Of a stretch of DNA of 64,000 nucleotides, positions 10,529-20,674 are shown in pieces (positions within the stretch are counted from its first letter, which is position 1; each line of letters begins with the position of its first letter). Under the pieces are notes generated by a model. That model did no database searches. It saw only the letters and a list, made by a program, of their open reading frames with translations, and had not been told where the DNA came from. The DNA comes from a virus. Taxonomy: Duplodnaviria; Caudoviricetes. Made by a program: the position numbers and the translations under genes. The DNA is taken from IMG/VR virus record IMGVR_UViG_3300034069_002177, positions 32,001 through 96,000 of that record; one strand, written 5' to 3'.

Positions 10529-11008
10529 ATGAGAATGACTCCGCGCATGATTGTCCTTGCGCTTACCGCCGCCGCAACCATCATGGTGCTGTCTTTGGCT
10601 GCCATCGGCGCGCAGCTTGCCGCTAAGACCGCTGTAGCTCAGCACAAGACTTCGCACAGCACATCGGCACCTCATGTCACCCAATCTTCTAAGCCTTCCA
10701 CACAGCCTTCTGTGGCTCCGGCTAGTGATGATGCGATCCGCGCGGTTTATTCGAACTCCTTTTTGGTATCGCAGTTATCCAGTGGTGGTTCCGAGCCGGT
10801 ATTCTTCATCACTATCGGTACCGATGACAACGACATCACTTCCGCTGCTATCAATGTAGGGCTGAAGAAGTTGAAGGCGCTGTCTGGTGTGGATAACGTC
10901 ACTTTGGTGTTTACCTACAAAGACAATCCGTATGACACCAAGGCGCTCGCTAAGCTTGTCCCTCACTCTACGGCTGAGGAAAATCAGTTGATTGTAGACC
11001 TTCGCTGA
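10529..11008 (+). CDS. secreted hypothetical protein
   Basis: Signal-like N-terminus, S/P linker. Confidence 0.65.
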   Translation: MRMTPRMIVLALTAAATIMVLSLAAIGAQLAAKTAVAQHKTSHSTSAPHVTQSSKPSTQPSVAPASDDAIRAVYSNSFLVSQLSSGGSEPVFFITIGTDDNDITSAAINVGLKKLKALSGVDNVTLVFTYKDNPYDTKALAKLVPHSTAEENQLIVDLR

Positions 11009-11075
11009 AACGACTTGGCAGCTAGTTCACCGTGCTAGTATCTGGACACATTCCAAAGAACTCGGAGGACTCGTT

Positions 11076-12476
11076 GTGGCTCTTATAAGTAAGAAATCAT
11101 CAGACGACAAGCAGCCAGCAAAGAAGCGTACGACGAAACCCGCGACTCGTAAAAGGGGAGCGGCGACCAAGAAAGTTGCTTCTATTGCCGATGTCAACAA
11201 GGCTACTTCGGCGGTTCAGGAAGAACCCACGGATCAGCCGGTAGTTCAGAAGATTCGCACCAAGAAGCCCGAGGTCGAAAGTCTCACTGGCGATAAGAAG
11301 ACGGCATACGATCACTTCTCCACAAAGACGCATTCTGAGGATGCTGCCGAGCAGCGCAAGAAGTCCGCTAGTTCGACTGAGGTTGATGAGTACGCTGATG
11401 CCTATGATGTCGGTGTTATCTATGCCGACGAGAACGACCGCGAGTTCTACTATGACGAGTATGGCGCTCAGCACTTCGCTGATGAAGTAGTTCCGTCGCC
11501 TGAGATTCCTGAGTCATTTGAGGAAGCTCGAAACAGTGAGTCACGCGAACGATTCCGCAAAGAGGCTGAGCAGGTCCGCAAAGAGCGCGCAGAAAGTGTC
11601 GAAGCAAACTTCGATTCCGTCATATCCGATCCTCGGAATACCCAGGGCGGATTCGGTGGCAGTAGCGGCGGTGGGTACCCTAGTAACGGTAACCAAAGTT
11701 CAGGTGATAATGGCTACGCCGGTAATGGTCAGGGATATAACCCCGGCCCTGCTGACAACAACGGGTTCAATCCCCAGCCATCTCAGCCTAATGTCGGCGC
11801 TCCTACTGGATTCGGTCAGAGCGATGGTCAGGGCTTTCCAATTACCGGTGGTGTCTTTGATGAGGGCTTCAACCCCAATGCTTCGCGTCGTCCACAGGGC
11901 GGCTCTAACAGAGGCGTGACTCATGCTGTTGGTACGGATACGGTGAATCTCTCCAATGCCGAGCATGTGGATAACCCGTACCTTGAAGGTTCAGAAATCA
12001 TTAATGATCAGATTGACCAGGGGACGGTAGCGGAGAACTTCCCATCCATCGCAACCACCATCGCTTCTTTGGTGAACTCATCTAAGCGCCCAGATGAAAT
12101 TACGAGAACGCTGCTTGGTTACTTGCAGACCACTCTTGCTGGTGAAGGTATCGATGCCACCATCAAGCTTCTTGGTACTGAGAACATCTACGCTCCCCTT
12201 CTTGTTTCAGCATTGTCCTATAACTTGCAGCAGCGTCAGATTGATGCCGTTCGTCTTCGAGATCTTTGGGATATTCGACCCGAGGTTCAGGTGCAGGAAA
12301 AGATTGTCTATGTCAAGGACAACTCCACCCCTCGCGATGGTGAGAAGGGTTACTGGATTTCGTTGGAGGATGTTTCCGAAGAAACAAGTCCTTTGTTCGA
12401 TACTCTCGATGCAGAGTCTAAGGCTAATGAAGTCCCTCTGGAGGACCGGTTGAACTACTCGCGATTCGATTACTGA
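11076..12476 (+). CDS. low-complexity hypothetical protein (basic N-terminus, acidic and G/N/Q-rich middle)
   Basis: 466-aa ORF, RBS GGAGG, genome-typical codons. Confidence 0.75.
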   Translation: MALISKKSSDDKQPAKKRTTKPATRKRGAATKKVASIADVNKATSAVQEEPTDQPVVQKIRTKKPEVESLTGDKKTAYDHFSTKTHSEDAAEQRKKSASSTEVDEYADAYDVGVIYADENDREFYYDEYGAQHFADEVVPSPEIPESFEEARNSESRERFRKEAEQVRKERAESVEANFDSVISDPRNTQGGFGGSSGGGYPSNGNQSSGDNGYAGNGQGYNPGPADNNGFNPQPSQPNVGAPTGFGQSDGQGFPITGGVFDEGFNPNASRRPQGGSNRGVTHAVGTDTVNLSNAEHVDNPYLEGSEIINDQIDQGTVAENFPSIATTIASLVNSSKRPDEITRTLLGYLQTTLAGEGIDATIKLLGTENIYAPLLVSALSYNLQQRQIDAVRLRDLWDIRPEVQVQEKIVYVKDNSTPRDGEKGYWISLEDVSEETSPLFDTLDAESKANEVPLEDRLNYSRFDY

Positions 12477-12540
12477 TTCGATTTGACGCAGTGATTTGTG
12501 TCATGTATAGTCAGCCAACCGAACCGCAAGGAAGTCCCAA

Positions 12541-13725
12541 TTGGTATATCGCAAGAATCGTGAGCTAGACCCGAAGGTAATTCTCAACAACCTTCAGGGC
12601 TGGAAGTTGTTTCCGTACTCGACCGAAGGTAGTGAAGGTTCCGCCAGCTATATGGGCGGAGAGGACACTAAGGTCGAAGGATTCATCGGATGGGAGGGCA
12701 ACCACATTCATTTCGTCGTAGTAGGAAACAGCAAGGCGTGGGGTGAGATCCCTGCGGGTGTTACCGGTTTGTCTTTGACGTTTACGGTTTACCCGAGTGA
12801 TGACATTGACTCCAATCTCTACTACACGACCCTGGTTGACGAGGCGCAGTTGGAAGATGTCGTGATGTCGAACGATGGTGAAATCATCGGTAACATTTAC
12901 AGCCAGAAGATCAGCGAAGATGACGATGATGACATCCATCACTCATTGGCTCTCATCACGGATAATGGGATGATTGGTCGAGGTTACTTTGCGTACAGCA
13001 AAGATGCACCGGTCGCCAACCGTATCATCAGTGTCTACACTCGTCTCATCGAGAGCATTGGTCGCGAACTAAGTAACCTTCCCGAGTTCCATGCTGCGGT
13101 GAGTGGTTTCGAGACCGGTCAGTCCAACCGTTCATCGTTGGAAGTCATCCTTCGCAATGATGCAGAGGAAAACGAAAAGAAGACGTGGTACAACCCAGTT
13201 GCTGGTTTAGATGGATGGCAGGTATTCCTTCCCTACACCGAAGATGCATTCGCCATGAACATCTATCAGAAGGTGTCCGGGCATCCCGTCGAGATGATGG
13301 AGTTGGCGCTGTATCCCGCCAACGACAACCAGATTCCGTGGCATGAGAAATCAACCAACCTTCTTGTACGACCCGACCTTGATGACATTCGTTTCAGTAC
13401 GACCTATTCCATCATCTCTATCAACATCGAACGGAAAGCGTCACGCGTTCTCCCCGTCTATGTTTTCGATGAGGAAGAGGCGAAGTCAACGATTACCGTT
13501 GATGGTTTGGAAGTGGAACTCTTCAATACGGTGGAGGAACAGGAGACTTTCTATAACGGTGAGTCATCAAAGATTTTCGCTCATCGCCTCACCGCTATCC
13601 AGAAGGACATCGATGTGATGCTTGCCTTTGATTACATCAGCACGAACCAGACGGATGCGTACACGAAAGACATTGAAAAGATCGTCGCTAACTTGGTGAC
13701 GGAATTGAAGGAGGTAGTTCGATGA
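12541..13725 (+). CDS. acidic hypothetical protein
   Basis: 394-aa ORF; promoter-like TTGACG-N17-TATAGT upstream. Confidence 0.7.
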   Translation: MVYRKNRELDPKVILNNLQGWKLFPYSTEGSEGSASYMGGEDTKVEGFIGWEGNHIHFVVVGNSKAWGEIPAGVTGLSLTFTVYPSDDIDSNLYYTTLVDEAQLEDVVMSNDGEIIGNIYSQKISEDDDDDIHHSLALITDNGMIGRGYFAYSKDAPVANRIISVYTRLIESIGRELSNLPEFHAAVSGFETGQSNRSSLEVILRNDAEENEKKTWYNPVAGLDGWQVFLPYTEDAFAMNIYQKVSGHPVEMMELALYPANDNQIPWHEKSTNLLVRPDLDDIRFSTTYSIISINIERKASRVLPVYVFDEEEAKSTITVDGLEVELFNTVEEQETFYNGESSKIFAHRLTAIQKDIDVMLAFDYISTNQTDAYTKDIEKIVANLVTELKEVVR

Positions 13726-14960
13726 TCGATGACGAGAACATCAACATCATGTTCCAGAACGTCGAGGGTTGGCGTGCATTCGAACTCAAAGAAGGTATTG
13801 GTCTTGCTCAGGCATCAGCGCTTCGCGAGCTTCCTTTCGACCTCGATCCCGAGCGTGCACCGTATGCCAAAGAATTGTACTGGGAGGGCAGCATTCTTCG
13901 TGCCGTCATCACCCCTACTCGTGATGTGCTGACGGCTGATTGGTTACGCTACAACATCGAGCCGATCATCATCATGGTTGCTCCGAGTAGCGTCATTGAT
14001 CCTGACGAGGTGAAGTACGTCACTTCGCATTACGAGAAGGTCGGTCGGGTGAACAACACCGACGAAGAGCAGCATGGAACCGTCTACCACCTCAGCATGA
14101 ACGAGAACGAAGATGAGGAAGATGAGGGCGGTCTCACCAGACATTCCATCGTTGTGACTTTCATCGAACATGATGCTCAAGTGTCTTTCACTTTCGCTGC
14201 GGCATCTGCTGCCGAGGATAGCGAAATCTTTGATGCGGTCTTGAAGCCTTTGGTCCAGATTGCCAACAACTTCTTGAAGTCCCCCACTCTGGATATTCTT
14301 GGTGCCAGCGCTCGTGCTGCTCGTAGTTCGACTGATATGGCGTTCGAATACTCGTTGTCAGGTTCATTTGTTTCCGAGGGTGCCGATGTCGTTCATCCTT
14401 TGAAGGGATTGGATGAGGGTTGGAGTATTTATGCTCACGGCGGCAATGAAGCCATCTATTCGATGCTGGCTGTGGAGAACTTGACGGATCAGCCTGCTGA
14501 CCTTGTGGAGCGGTCTCGGAACAGAATCTTCAAGCTGGAACCTGACGACACGGGCGAGGTTGCTTTCGGCTGGCGTGAAGATGGTGCTCAGTTATTTGTT
14601 ACACCTCCGGTCGATATTGATGCAGAAGGCGTTAGCCCTCTGTTGCTCACGATTACCATTTCAAGTGATTTCGTTGTTCCTGCTGTGTCGGAAGATTACG
14701 ACCTGATTTACCAGGATGATGAGCCGGGTGGTATGCAGGTGATGGCATTTGCTCCAATGCAGTCGGTTCTTTCAGAAGAAGCGGAACGTTTCGATCACAG
14801 CTACATCGCTGTTTTCAATGAAATCAACTGCTCTATCACAGCGGTGTGTATCTCGACCAGTGAGGATGAGCCGAAGTTCTACGACGATGCTTTCATCCAG
14901 ATTGCACTCAATGTTGCTGAATATGTGCATGGAATCGCTGTTGACGAGGACCAGTCGTAG
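13722..14960 (+). CDS. acidic hypothetical protein, possibly a distant paralog of 12541..13725
   Basis: ATGA overlap with upstream gene; similar N-terminal N-x2-GW-x2-F pattern and composition. Confidence 0.7.
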   Translation: MIDDENINIMFQNVEGWRAFELKEGIGLAQASALRELPFDLDPERAPYAKELYWEGSILRAVITPTRDVLTADWLRYNIEPIIIMVAPSSVIDPDEVKYVTSHYEKVGRVNNTDEEQHGTVYHLSMNENEDEEDEGGLTRHSIVVTFIEHDAQVSFTFAAASAAEDSEIFDAVLKPLVQIANNFLKSPTLDILGASARAARSSTDMAFEYSLSGSFVSEGADVVHPLKGLDEGWSIYAHGGNEAIYSMLAVENLTDQPADLVERSRNRIFKLEPDDTGEVAFGWREDGAQLFVTPPVDIDAEGVSPLLLTITISSDFVVPAVSEDYDLIYQDDEPGGMQVMAFAPMQSVLSEEAERFDHSYIAVFNEINCSITAVCISTSEDEPKFYDDAFIQIALNVAEYVHGIAVDEDQS

Positions 14961-14982
14961 CTAAATCGGCTACACTCTACTT

Positions 14983-15489
14983 ATGGCTATAACCGAGATT
15001 CCAGCGATAATTCCAGAATCCGAAACCACTTTCTTCCTAAGAGAGTGGAACCCTCTTGTCGAACTCAACGATGAATCTGACGCTTCTCCGACCGTTCTCA
15101 TTTACGGTGCTTCGGATGCTGCTCATCAGGCAGCAGCGGGTATGATTGCGAAATTGATTTCACAGTTCCCCAACATGGCGTTATTTGTTGTGCCGGAAAC
15201 ACCAGAAAACGCTGAAGAGGAAATCGACAAGACAACCGAGATTATGGAATGGTTATCGAATACAGAGAATAGAGGCTTGATGCCTCAGGTTTCTGATTTC
15301 AACACTCCTATCCCGCTCATCTACCTTTCTAACGTCAATGACCTTTATACGGAGACATCTTTGGTGCGCCTCGTACGCAGGGCTAGATTTCTAGGCGTGG
15401 CAGTATTGGCAGTAGCCAGTCACATCGACCCGGAATCATCGACGTTCAGCAACATCTCAGGTATGTTCACTCATGCCATCGAAGTGTAG
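14983..15489 (+). CDS. hypothetical protein resembling a degenerate FtsK-type P-loop domain
   Basis: VLIYGA..., PLIYLSNV..., LVRRARFLGVAVLAVA pattern; no intact Walker A. Confidence 0.45.
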   Translation: MAITEIPAIIPESETTFFLREWNPLVELNDESDASPTVLIYGASDAAHQAAAGMIAKLISQFPNMALFVVPETPENAEEEIDKTTEIMEWLSNTENRGLMPQVSDFNTPIPLIYLSNVNDLYTETSLVRLVRRARFLGVAVLAVASHIDPESSTFSNISGMFTHAIEV

Positions 15490-15522
15490 TGCTATAGTCA
15501 GGGCTAACCCTGGAGGCACACC

Positions 15523-16035
15523 ATGTACGGAAGAGCTTTAGCTGCTCGCATTCCTGAACGCAAATGGTACGAGCCATCTCCCTACATCACTACGTTCGAT
15601 GATTTCGGGAACATCAATACAAAGGCGCTTGATGCCGTTCAAGAAGCCTATCTTTGCTGTGCGGATCAGTTGCCCGCTGCAAGCCATCCCGGTGATGTCT
15701 GGCTGTGTGCAATCTGCGACAGGATATGGGCTGTTCCTTCCGATCATGCTATTGGTAACTCATGGACGCTCACTCGATTGAAGTACGTGGACAAAGCCTC
15801 CAAGGATGTTCTAGCGCTCCGTTCATACCATTGGGGACATGCTACCTTCGCAGTTTTCATCGTCTCGATTCTGCTTTCCATTGCAGTCTTCGTTATTTCC
15901 AGTGGAGTTCACCCCCTATCGGCAACATATATCAGTTCGGCTTTCTTTGCGGTCGGGGTGGTCATTACTGCTTTTATCGCTTCTCGATGGCGTAAACTGT
16001 CTGCTCAGTACAACTTGTCAATAAGTGACAACTAG
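15523..16035 (+). CDS. Cys-cluster plus two-TM membrane protein
   Basis: CC...CxxC followed by two TM helices; RBS GGAGG. Confidence 0.65.
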   Translation: MYGRALAARIPERKWYEPSPYITTFDDFGNINTKALDAVQEAYLCCADQLPAASHPGDVWLCAICDRIWAVPSDHAIGNSWTLTRLKYVDKASKDVLALRSYHWGHATFAVFIVSILLSIAVFVISSGVHPLSATYISSAFFAVGVVITAFIASRWRKLSAQYNLSISDN

Positions 16036-16047
16036 GGGATGATTTAG

Positions 16048-16557
16048 ATGGCGGAGCACGTTTCAGTAGACTCCGATATCGTAGGTATCGACAACGAACT
16101 CAAAGGCGTTGAATCGTGTTGCATCAATTCGCTTTACGCGGAGGAAGCAACACCTAATGGCGTTGGCATTGTCTGCAATGTCTGCGGTGATGTGTGGGTC
16201 TCCACCATCGAAGAAAGCAGCAACGTTCTTTGGCGTCGTACGTACGCCGGTCGTTATACAGATGATGTCCGCGCGAAAATTGAAGTAGCTTCCAAGAATG
16301 AACACCGTATCAAGCGAAACATCGTTCTCAGCATTGCTGCGGTATTCGTGTTCGTCATCATTTGGAACATCTTCGACTACGCAACGGATAAGTATGCGTT
16401 GTCGGAGATTCTGCTCAGTAGCTTCATCGTCATTATCATTGGCGGTGCTGTTTCCGTTGCTATGTTCAAGGGTTTGTTCAGAAGCTTCTCCCGCAATACT
16501 CGTAAGTTGAAGTACGAGTTACCTCGTGTGGAAAAGACCGAATTGGTTGCCGAGTAG
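16048..16557 (+). CDS. Cys-cluster plus two-TM membrane protein (paralog of 15523..16035)
   Basis: Same CC...CxxC-x2-W plus two-TM layout. Confidence 0.65.
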   Translation: MAEHVSVDSDIVGIDNELKGVESCCINSLYAEEATPNGVGIVCNVCGDVWVSTIEESSNVLWRRTYAGRYTDDVRAKIEVASKNEHRIKRNIVLSIAAVFVFVIIWNIFDYATDKYALSEILLSSFIVIIIGGAVSVAMFKGLFRSFSRNTRKLKYELPRVEKTELVAE

Positions 16558-16566
16558 CAACTGCAC

Positions 16567-16615
16567 AAGACCGGCTGTGATTCTTCGGATGAACAGCCGG
16601 TCTTTTCTTTTTTTT
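16567..16615 (+). terminator. intrinsic terminator
   Basis: AAGACCGGCTGT/ACAGCCGGTCTT stem plus T-run. Confidence 0.8.
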
Positions 16616-16705
16616 ACTTGGGTATCCAATTTTTGACTTTCTTCGCCGGTCCATGTTCGGACTTGTATGCTGTAGAAAATTTAGTCAATCAGAAGGGGCG
16701 CTGTA

Positions 16706-17719
16706 GTGCCAACCATCAAGTCGAGTAACACGTCAACGAAAGACAACAGCGTAAGCAAGGGGGTGTTGTACCTCATTGGTGTTGCCGCATTCGTCCTTTT
16801 ATGGCTCATTGGTTACGGCGCGGATCTTCTCATCTATCGCTCGCTTAGTCCGCTGCCTCTAATTCTTCCGCTGGTGACAAGTATCCCTATCGCTATGCTG
16901 TTTAATCGCGTTTCTCGCGTGTACCCAGGTGCCGCCTCCATTTTTGGATACGTTGCTACTTCCATGCTGGCACTGGCATTAGCCATCATCGCCCTGCTGA
17001 CTTTCTCTTCCAGTAACAGCCCGTTGGCGATTGGAACCGCTGCGGCTATTCTTGGTCTCATCTACCCAACCGTCGCCGTTGGTTTTTGCCGAGCTATCGA
17101 AGTATTCATGGAGAAGCTTGGTTTGTTCGACAACGCCATCTCCACTTTGGATCACTACGACACCATCAAGGAGCGCGAGCGTTCTGAAAAGGTCCAGCAC
17201 GAAGAAGAAGTTGTTCATGATAAGGAGGAAGCCGACGCGGTAGTGGCGGAAGTTGTTGCTGAGGCGGTTGCCGTAGCTGTCGCAGAGGCTGCACCTGTGG
17301 TTGTCGAGCCTACGGTTGTTGTCGTATTGAAGGACGAGCCTGAAGTTCCGGCAAGTCCTTTTGCTCTGAGTGATGAATCTAAGGAGCCAGCAGTTTTGGA
17401 TTACAGCAAGGCTGTCAAGACCATCAAGACGAAGAAAAGTGGTGTTGAAATCATTGAACTTGACTTCGACGAACTAGGTCGTGTGGGCGCATCCAAAGTT
17501 CAGGTAATTGTTGACTCGCAGCATGAGAACGAGGTTGCTGTTAGCGCCGAGTCTACTAGCGATGAAGAGCTAGAAGAAGTTCTCGTTGCCGAAGAATCAC
17601 CTGCTGAAGCGCCTGTTGTCGTCAAGAAGGCTACGCCCCGGAAGAAGTCCGCTACCCGCCGACGTACCACGCCCAGCAAATCCCCCACAGCCGAAGTTGA
17701 TGAGACTATCGAGTCGTAA
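16706..17719 (+). CDS. multi-TM membrane protein with acidic C-terminal tail
   Basis: Four TM segments followed by E/V/A-rich tail. Confidence 0.7.
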   Translation: MPTIKSSNTSTKDNSVSKGVLYLIGVAAFVLLWLIGYGADLLIYRSLSPLPLILPLVTSIPIAMLFNRVSRVYPGAASIFGYVATSMLALALAIIALLTFSSSNSPLAIGTAAAILGLIYPTVAVGFCRAIEVFMEKLGLFDNAISTLDHYDTIKERERSEKVQHEEEVVHDKEEADAVVAEVVAEAVAVAVAEAAPVVVEPTVVVVLKDEPEVPASPFALSDESKEPAVLDYSKAVKTIKTKKSGVEIIELDFDELGRVGASKVQVIVDSQHENEVAVSAESTSDEELEEVLVAEESPAEAPVVVKKATPRKKSATRRRTTPSKSPTAEVDETIES

Positions 17720-17731
17720 GTAACAAAAATG

Positions 17732-17770
17732 AAAGACCTAGCTGAGAGTTACATGCAGCTAGGTCTTTTA
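17732..17770 (+). terminator. intrinsic terminator
   Basis: AAAGACCTAGCTG/CAGCTAGGTCTTT stem plus T-run. Confidence 0.75.
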
Positions 17771-17835
17771 TTTGCCTTCCTCCTTGCTGAGTGTTTATCT
17801 AAGTGCTACGATTACCGCTCAGCAACGGAGGTATC

Positions 17836-18651
17836 GTGGGGACACGTAAAGACGAAATCAAGCAGAAGGCGCAAGCAACTCGTGATGCGCAGAAGAAAAA
17901 AGAGAAGCGCTCTCGATTAGCCTTCCAAGGCGGTATTGCCGGTGTGATCCTCGCGGCTGTTGTCGTTGTCGTCTTAGTCGTTCTGGGGTCTAGTAGTGCA
18001 CAGGCGGGTACTCCTGGAAATATGTTTAGCGGCGGTGTCCAGTTCAAGAATTCAAGTCTGACGCCAGTGTCAAGTCCAGCTTCCGATAAGTTCGCTATCA
18101 AGACTCCACCACTGCCTAAGGACAAGGTGGACGTGAGTATTTATATCGACTACCAGTGCCCGTTCTGTAACGATTTCGAGAAGGCATATGGAGACAATTT
18201 GCAGTCTCTGGCAGCATCTGGGAAAATTGACCTCGCATATCACCCCATTGCTATTCTTGATCGTTCTTCATCTGGAACCAAGTATTCGACTCGTGCAGCG
18301 GGAGCCAGTGCATGCGTAGCTGAGTCTGCTCCTTCGCAGTGGCTTGCATTCAACAAGCTGATGTTCGCCAATCAGCCTGCCGAAGGTGGTACTGGTCTTG
18401 AGAACGATAGGATCATCAGTATTACTAAGGAAGCAAAAGTAGACAATGCTGACACCATCAGCAAGTGCATTACAGACAAGAAGTACGACGGTTGGGCAAC
18501 CAAGGTGACCGCCGCTGCGAGCAAGAACCTGCCGCACACCAATGCAGGTCTTGCTGCTACGCCGTCTATTGTTGTCGATGGCAAGCTTTACGCTCAGGCT
18601 GACGGAGACTTCAGCGCTTACCTGAACAAGCTCATTGCCGCGAAGAGCTAA
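17836..18651 (+). CDS. dsbA: membrane-anchored DsbA-family thiol-disulfide oxidoreductase
   Basis: N-terminal TM; IYIDYQCPFC active site; ATPSIVVDG cis-Pro loop; RBS GGAGGT. Confidence 0.88.
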   Translation: MGTRKDEIKQKAQATRDAQKKKEKRSRLAFQGGIAGVILAAVVVVVLVVLGSSSAQAGTPGNMFSGGVQFKNSSLTPVSSPASDKFAIKTPPLPKDKVDVSIYIDYQCPFCNDFEKAYGDNLQSLAASGKIDLAYHPIAILDRSSSGTKYSTRAAGASACVAESAPSQWLAFNKLMFANQPAEGGTGLENDRIISITKEAKVDNADTISKCITDKKYDGWATKVTAAASKNLPHTNAGLAATPSIVVDGKLYAQADGDFSAYLNKLIAAKS

Positions 18652-19301
18652 CCCGCAATACGCTTAGCGTTGTCAATAGTAGAATCTTCCTGTTCAACTC
18701 CACCTTGGTTGATGAGCAGGAAGATTTCTGCTTCTTGCTCAATGGTTTCGACACTCGCCTCCATTGTAGGAAGAACGGTTGTGTGGCGGAAGCTACGCTG
18801 AAAACCTTCACTGAGGTCGCTGTACTTGACCATTTCTTCTTCGGATGAACTTTGTGATTCGTCGAACCACTCATTGGGTACCTCCAAGCGGTCTTCCATG
18901 AAGTCAAGTACAGCTTCGATACGCTGTTTGCCGTCTACGACAGCACCATAGTGGTCACTGCCGAACGGTCGTTTGTTCAGAATTACCGAGCCGGTGGGAA
19001 TGCCTAGCAAAAGTGAACGAATGAGACCCTGCTTGTGTGCGGTATCCCAGACGGATCCGCGCTGATAAGGAGCATCAAAGTCGTATTGATCACGCGCAGA
19101 GAGCCAATGTCCTACCGTATAGGAGGCGGAATCCATGCGGAGCTTTTCCAAAGGCTTGCGTTCGATCTTGGAAGCCTTCGGAGGCGCACCGACAGCAGCA
19201 GACCTATCCGCAGTGGAACCGGAGTTCTTATCAGGGTTCACTTTGCGAGAGGTGACAATGCCGTTTTTATCAACGATTGGCTTATTAACGAGGTTGCTCA
19301 T
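18648..19301 (-). CDS. DUF262 (ParB-like) domain protein with N-terminal VDKNG motif
   Basis: YQRGSVW...LIRSLLLGIPTG...VVDGKQR DUF262 signature. Confidence 0.8.
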   Translation of the reverse strand: MSNLVNKPIVDKNGIVTSRKVNPDKNSGSTADRSAAVGAPPKASKIERKPLEKLRMDSASYTVGHWLSARDQYDFDAPYQRGSVWDTAHKQGLIRSLLLGIPTGSVILNKRPFGSDHYGAVVDGKQRIEAVLDFMEDRLEVPNEWFDESQSSSEEEMVKYSDLSEGFQRSFRHTTVLPTMEASVETIEQEAEIFLLINQGGVEQEDSTIDNAKRIAG

Positions 19302-19328
19302 ATCTCTATTATGCCAGATGCGTCCGAT

Positions 19329-19577
19329 CTAACGAACTGTAAGCTCGGACAGAGCGAAATCAGCCTGTCGCATACCGGAGCGCAGCGCAACATGCGTCAC
19401 ACCCTGACGAGCCAGCTTGGCAGCCCACGACCTGGAGATACGCTTGTTGTAGCTCTGTCGCACCCAACCCTTGTCCGGGTGGAACTCGGATACGACAGTC
19501 GGATGAAGAGCGAAATCGCGGACGGCATCACCAAAGTATTTAAGGGCAGCAGCCGGAACCTTTGCAGAGAATCCCAT
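19329..19577 (-). CDS. small basic hypothetical protein
   Basis: 82-aa ORF co-oriented with the DUF262 gene. Confidence 0.5.
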   Translation of the reverse strand: MGFSAKVPAAALKYFGDAVRDFALHPTVVSEFHPDKGWVRQSYNKRISRSWAAKLARQGVTHVALRSGMRQADFALSELTVR

Positions 19578-19710
19578 GATGATTAGCTTTCTGATTACAG
19601 TGAGTGTTTCAAGTCAATTATTACGATACTACTTATTTGTTCTGATGTCAATTTGATTTGTGAAGTTTGTCCTGATATCTTGTGGACTGCACAACAAGGA
19701 GCACACAGTA

Positions 19711-20637
19711 ATGCGAAAACTAGCAGTCAAGCTCACAGCCTTCGACCTGCTTCATTGGGTTAACGAACACACCGTCAGCAATGACATCTTTGAACAGGCT
19801 ATCGTCCGCAATACCCTCATCAACCTTCTGGATCTTTACGACCACTGGTGTAAAGACGAGACAACTTGTGATGTGTGCCAACGCCCCGAGGGTGCCTTCG
19901 TTAGAAATCGTGAGTCCGAACTTGAATATCATGCCGAAGCAATTTTCGAGAGCAACCGTAAGTTCGCAGAGTTGAAGACGCGGCTAGATAAAACCAATTT
20001 TGACATCAGTTCTTTGTACTCCGCCTTCATCACCCCCGAGAGCGATACCGTTATTCGAGCCGTCGCGCACCGTGGAGTGATTAGTGACTTCGGTGAGATG
20101 CATTACACCCGACGAGGATCTGTTGCAACTCTTGGTTCGAATCACCCTGTCGTTATTCAAGGCGAAGAATTTGGAAAGACGGCTTTTGACGGCTCTCTCA
20201 CCTTGACGGTGTTTCTTGATACCGATCACCTTTCCGAAAGTTGGACCGTCGAAAATACGCTTGCAGCTAATGAGCTTGTGACATTCACCTCTGATTCACT
20301 GAGTTCAATGCGAGTGGGCGACATCGAAATACCCACTAACGTGGAAAGGGTTGAAGAAGAAGTCTTCGCCCTCGGCGGGATTCTGGAAGACGAACGTGAC
20401 ATAGTTCGTTTGGAACGTCACAAGGTTATCAACGCTACTCGTTCGCACCCTGTATTAGGTAGGTTGGCTAACGGGGATGACGTATGGCAGATTGTCAGCG
20501 ATGGTGCTGGTAGGACAATCAACGATGCCATGCGGACCATTTTGGCATCTAAGGGCGATCCTTCGTTGACCACTGAAGAGGCGATCAAATTAGCTTCGAT
20601 TGTTTTCTCGAAACGAGGCATCAAGCAGTACGTTTGA
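19711..20637 (+). CDS. hypothetical protein
   Basis: RBS AAGGAG; N-terminal H..C..C..C cluster. Confidence 0.65.
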   Translation: MRKLAVKLTAFDLLHWVNEHTVSNDIFEQAIVRNTLINLLDLYDHWCKDETTCDVCQRPEGAFVRNRESELEYHAEAIFESNRKFAELKTRLDKTNFDISSLYSAFITPESDTVIRAVAHRGVISDFGEMHYTRRGSVATLGSNHPVVIQGEEFGKTAFDGSLTLTVFLDTDHLSESWTVENTLAANELVTFTSDSLSSMRVGDIEIPTNVERVEEEVFALGGILEDERDIVRLERHKVINATRSHPVLGRLANGDDVWQIVSDGAGRTINDAMRTILASKGDPSLTTEEAIKLASIVFSKRGIKQYV

Positions 20638-20674
20638 CCCTAGACTGTACCCGGTCACAACGATAAGGAACTTC

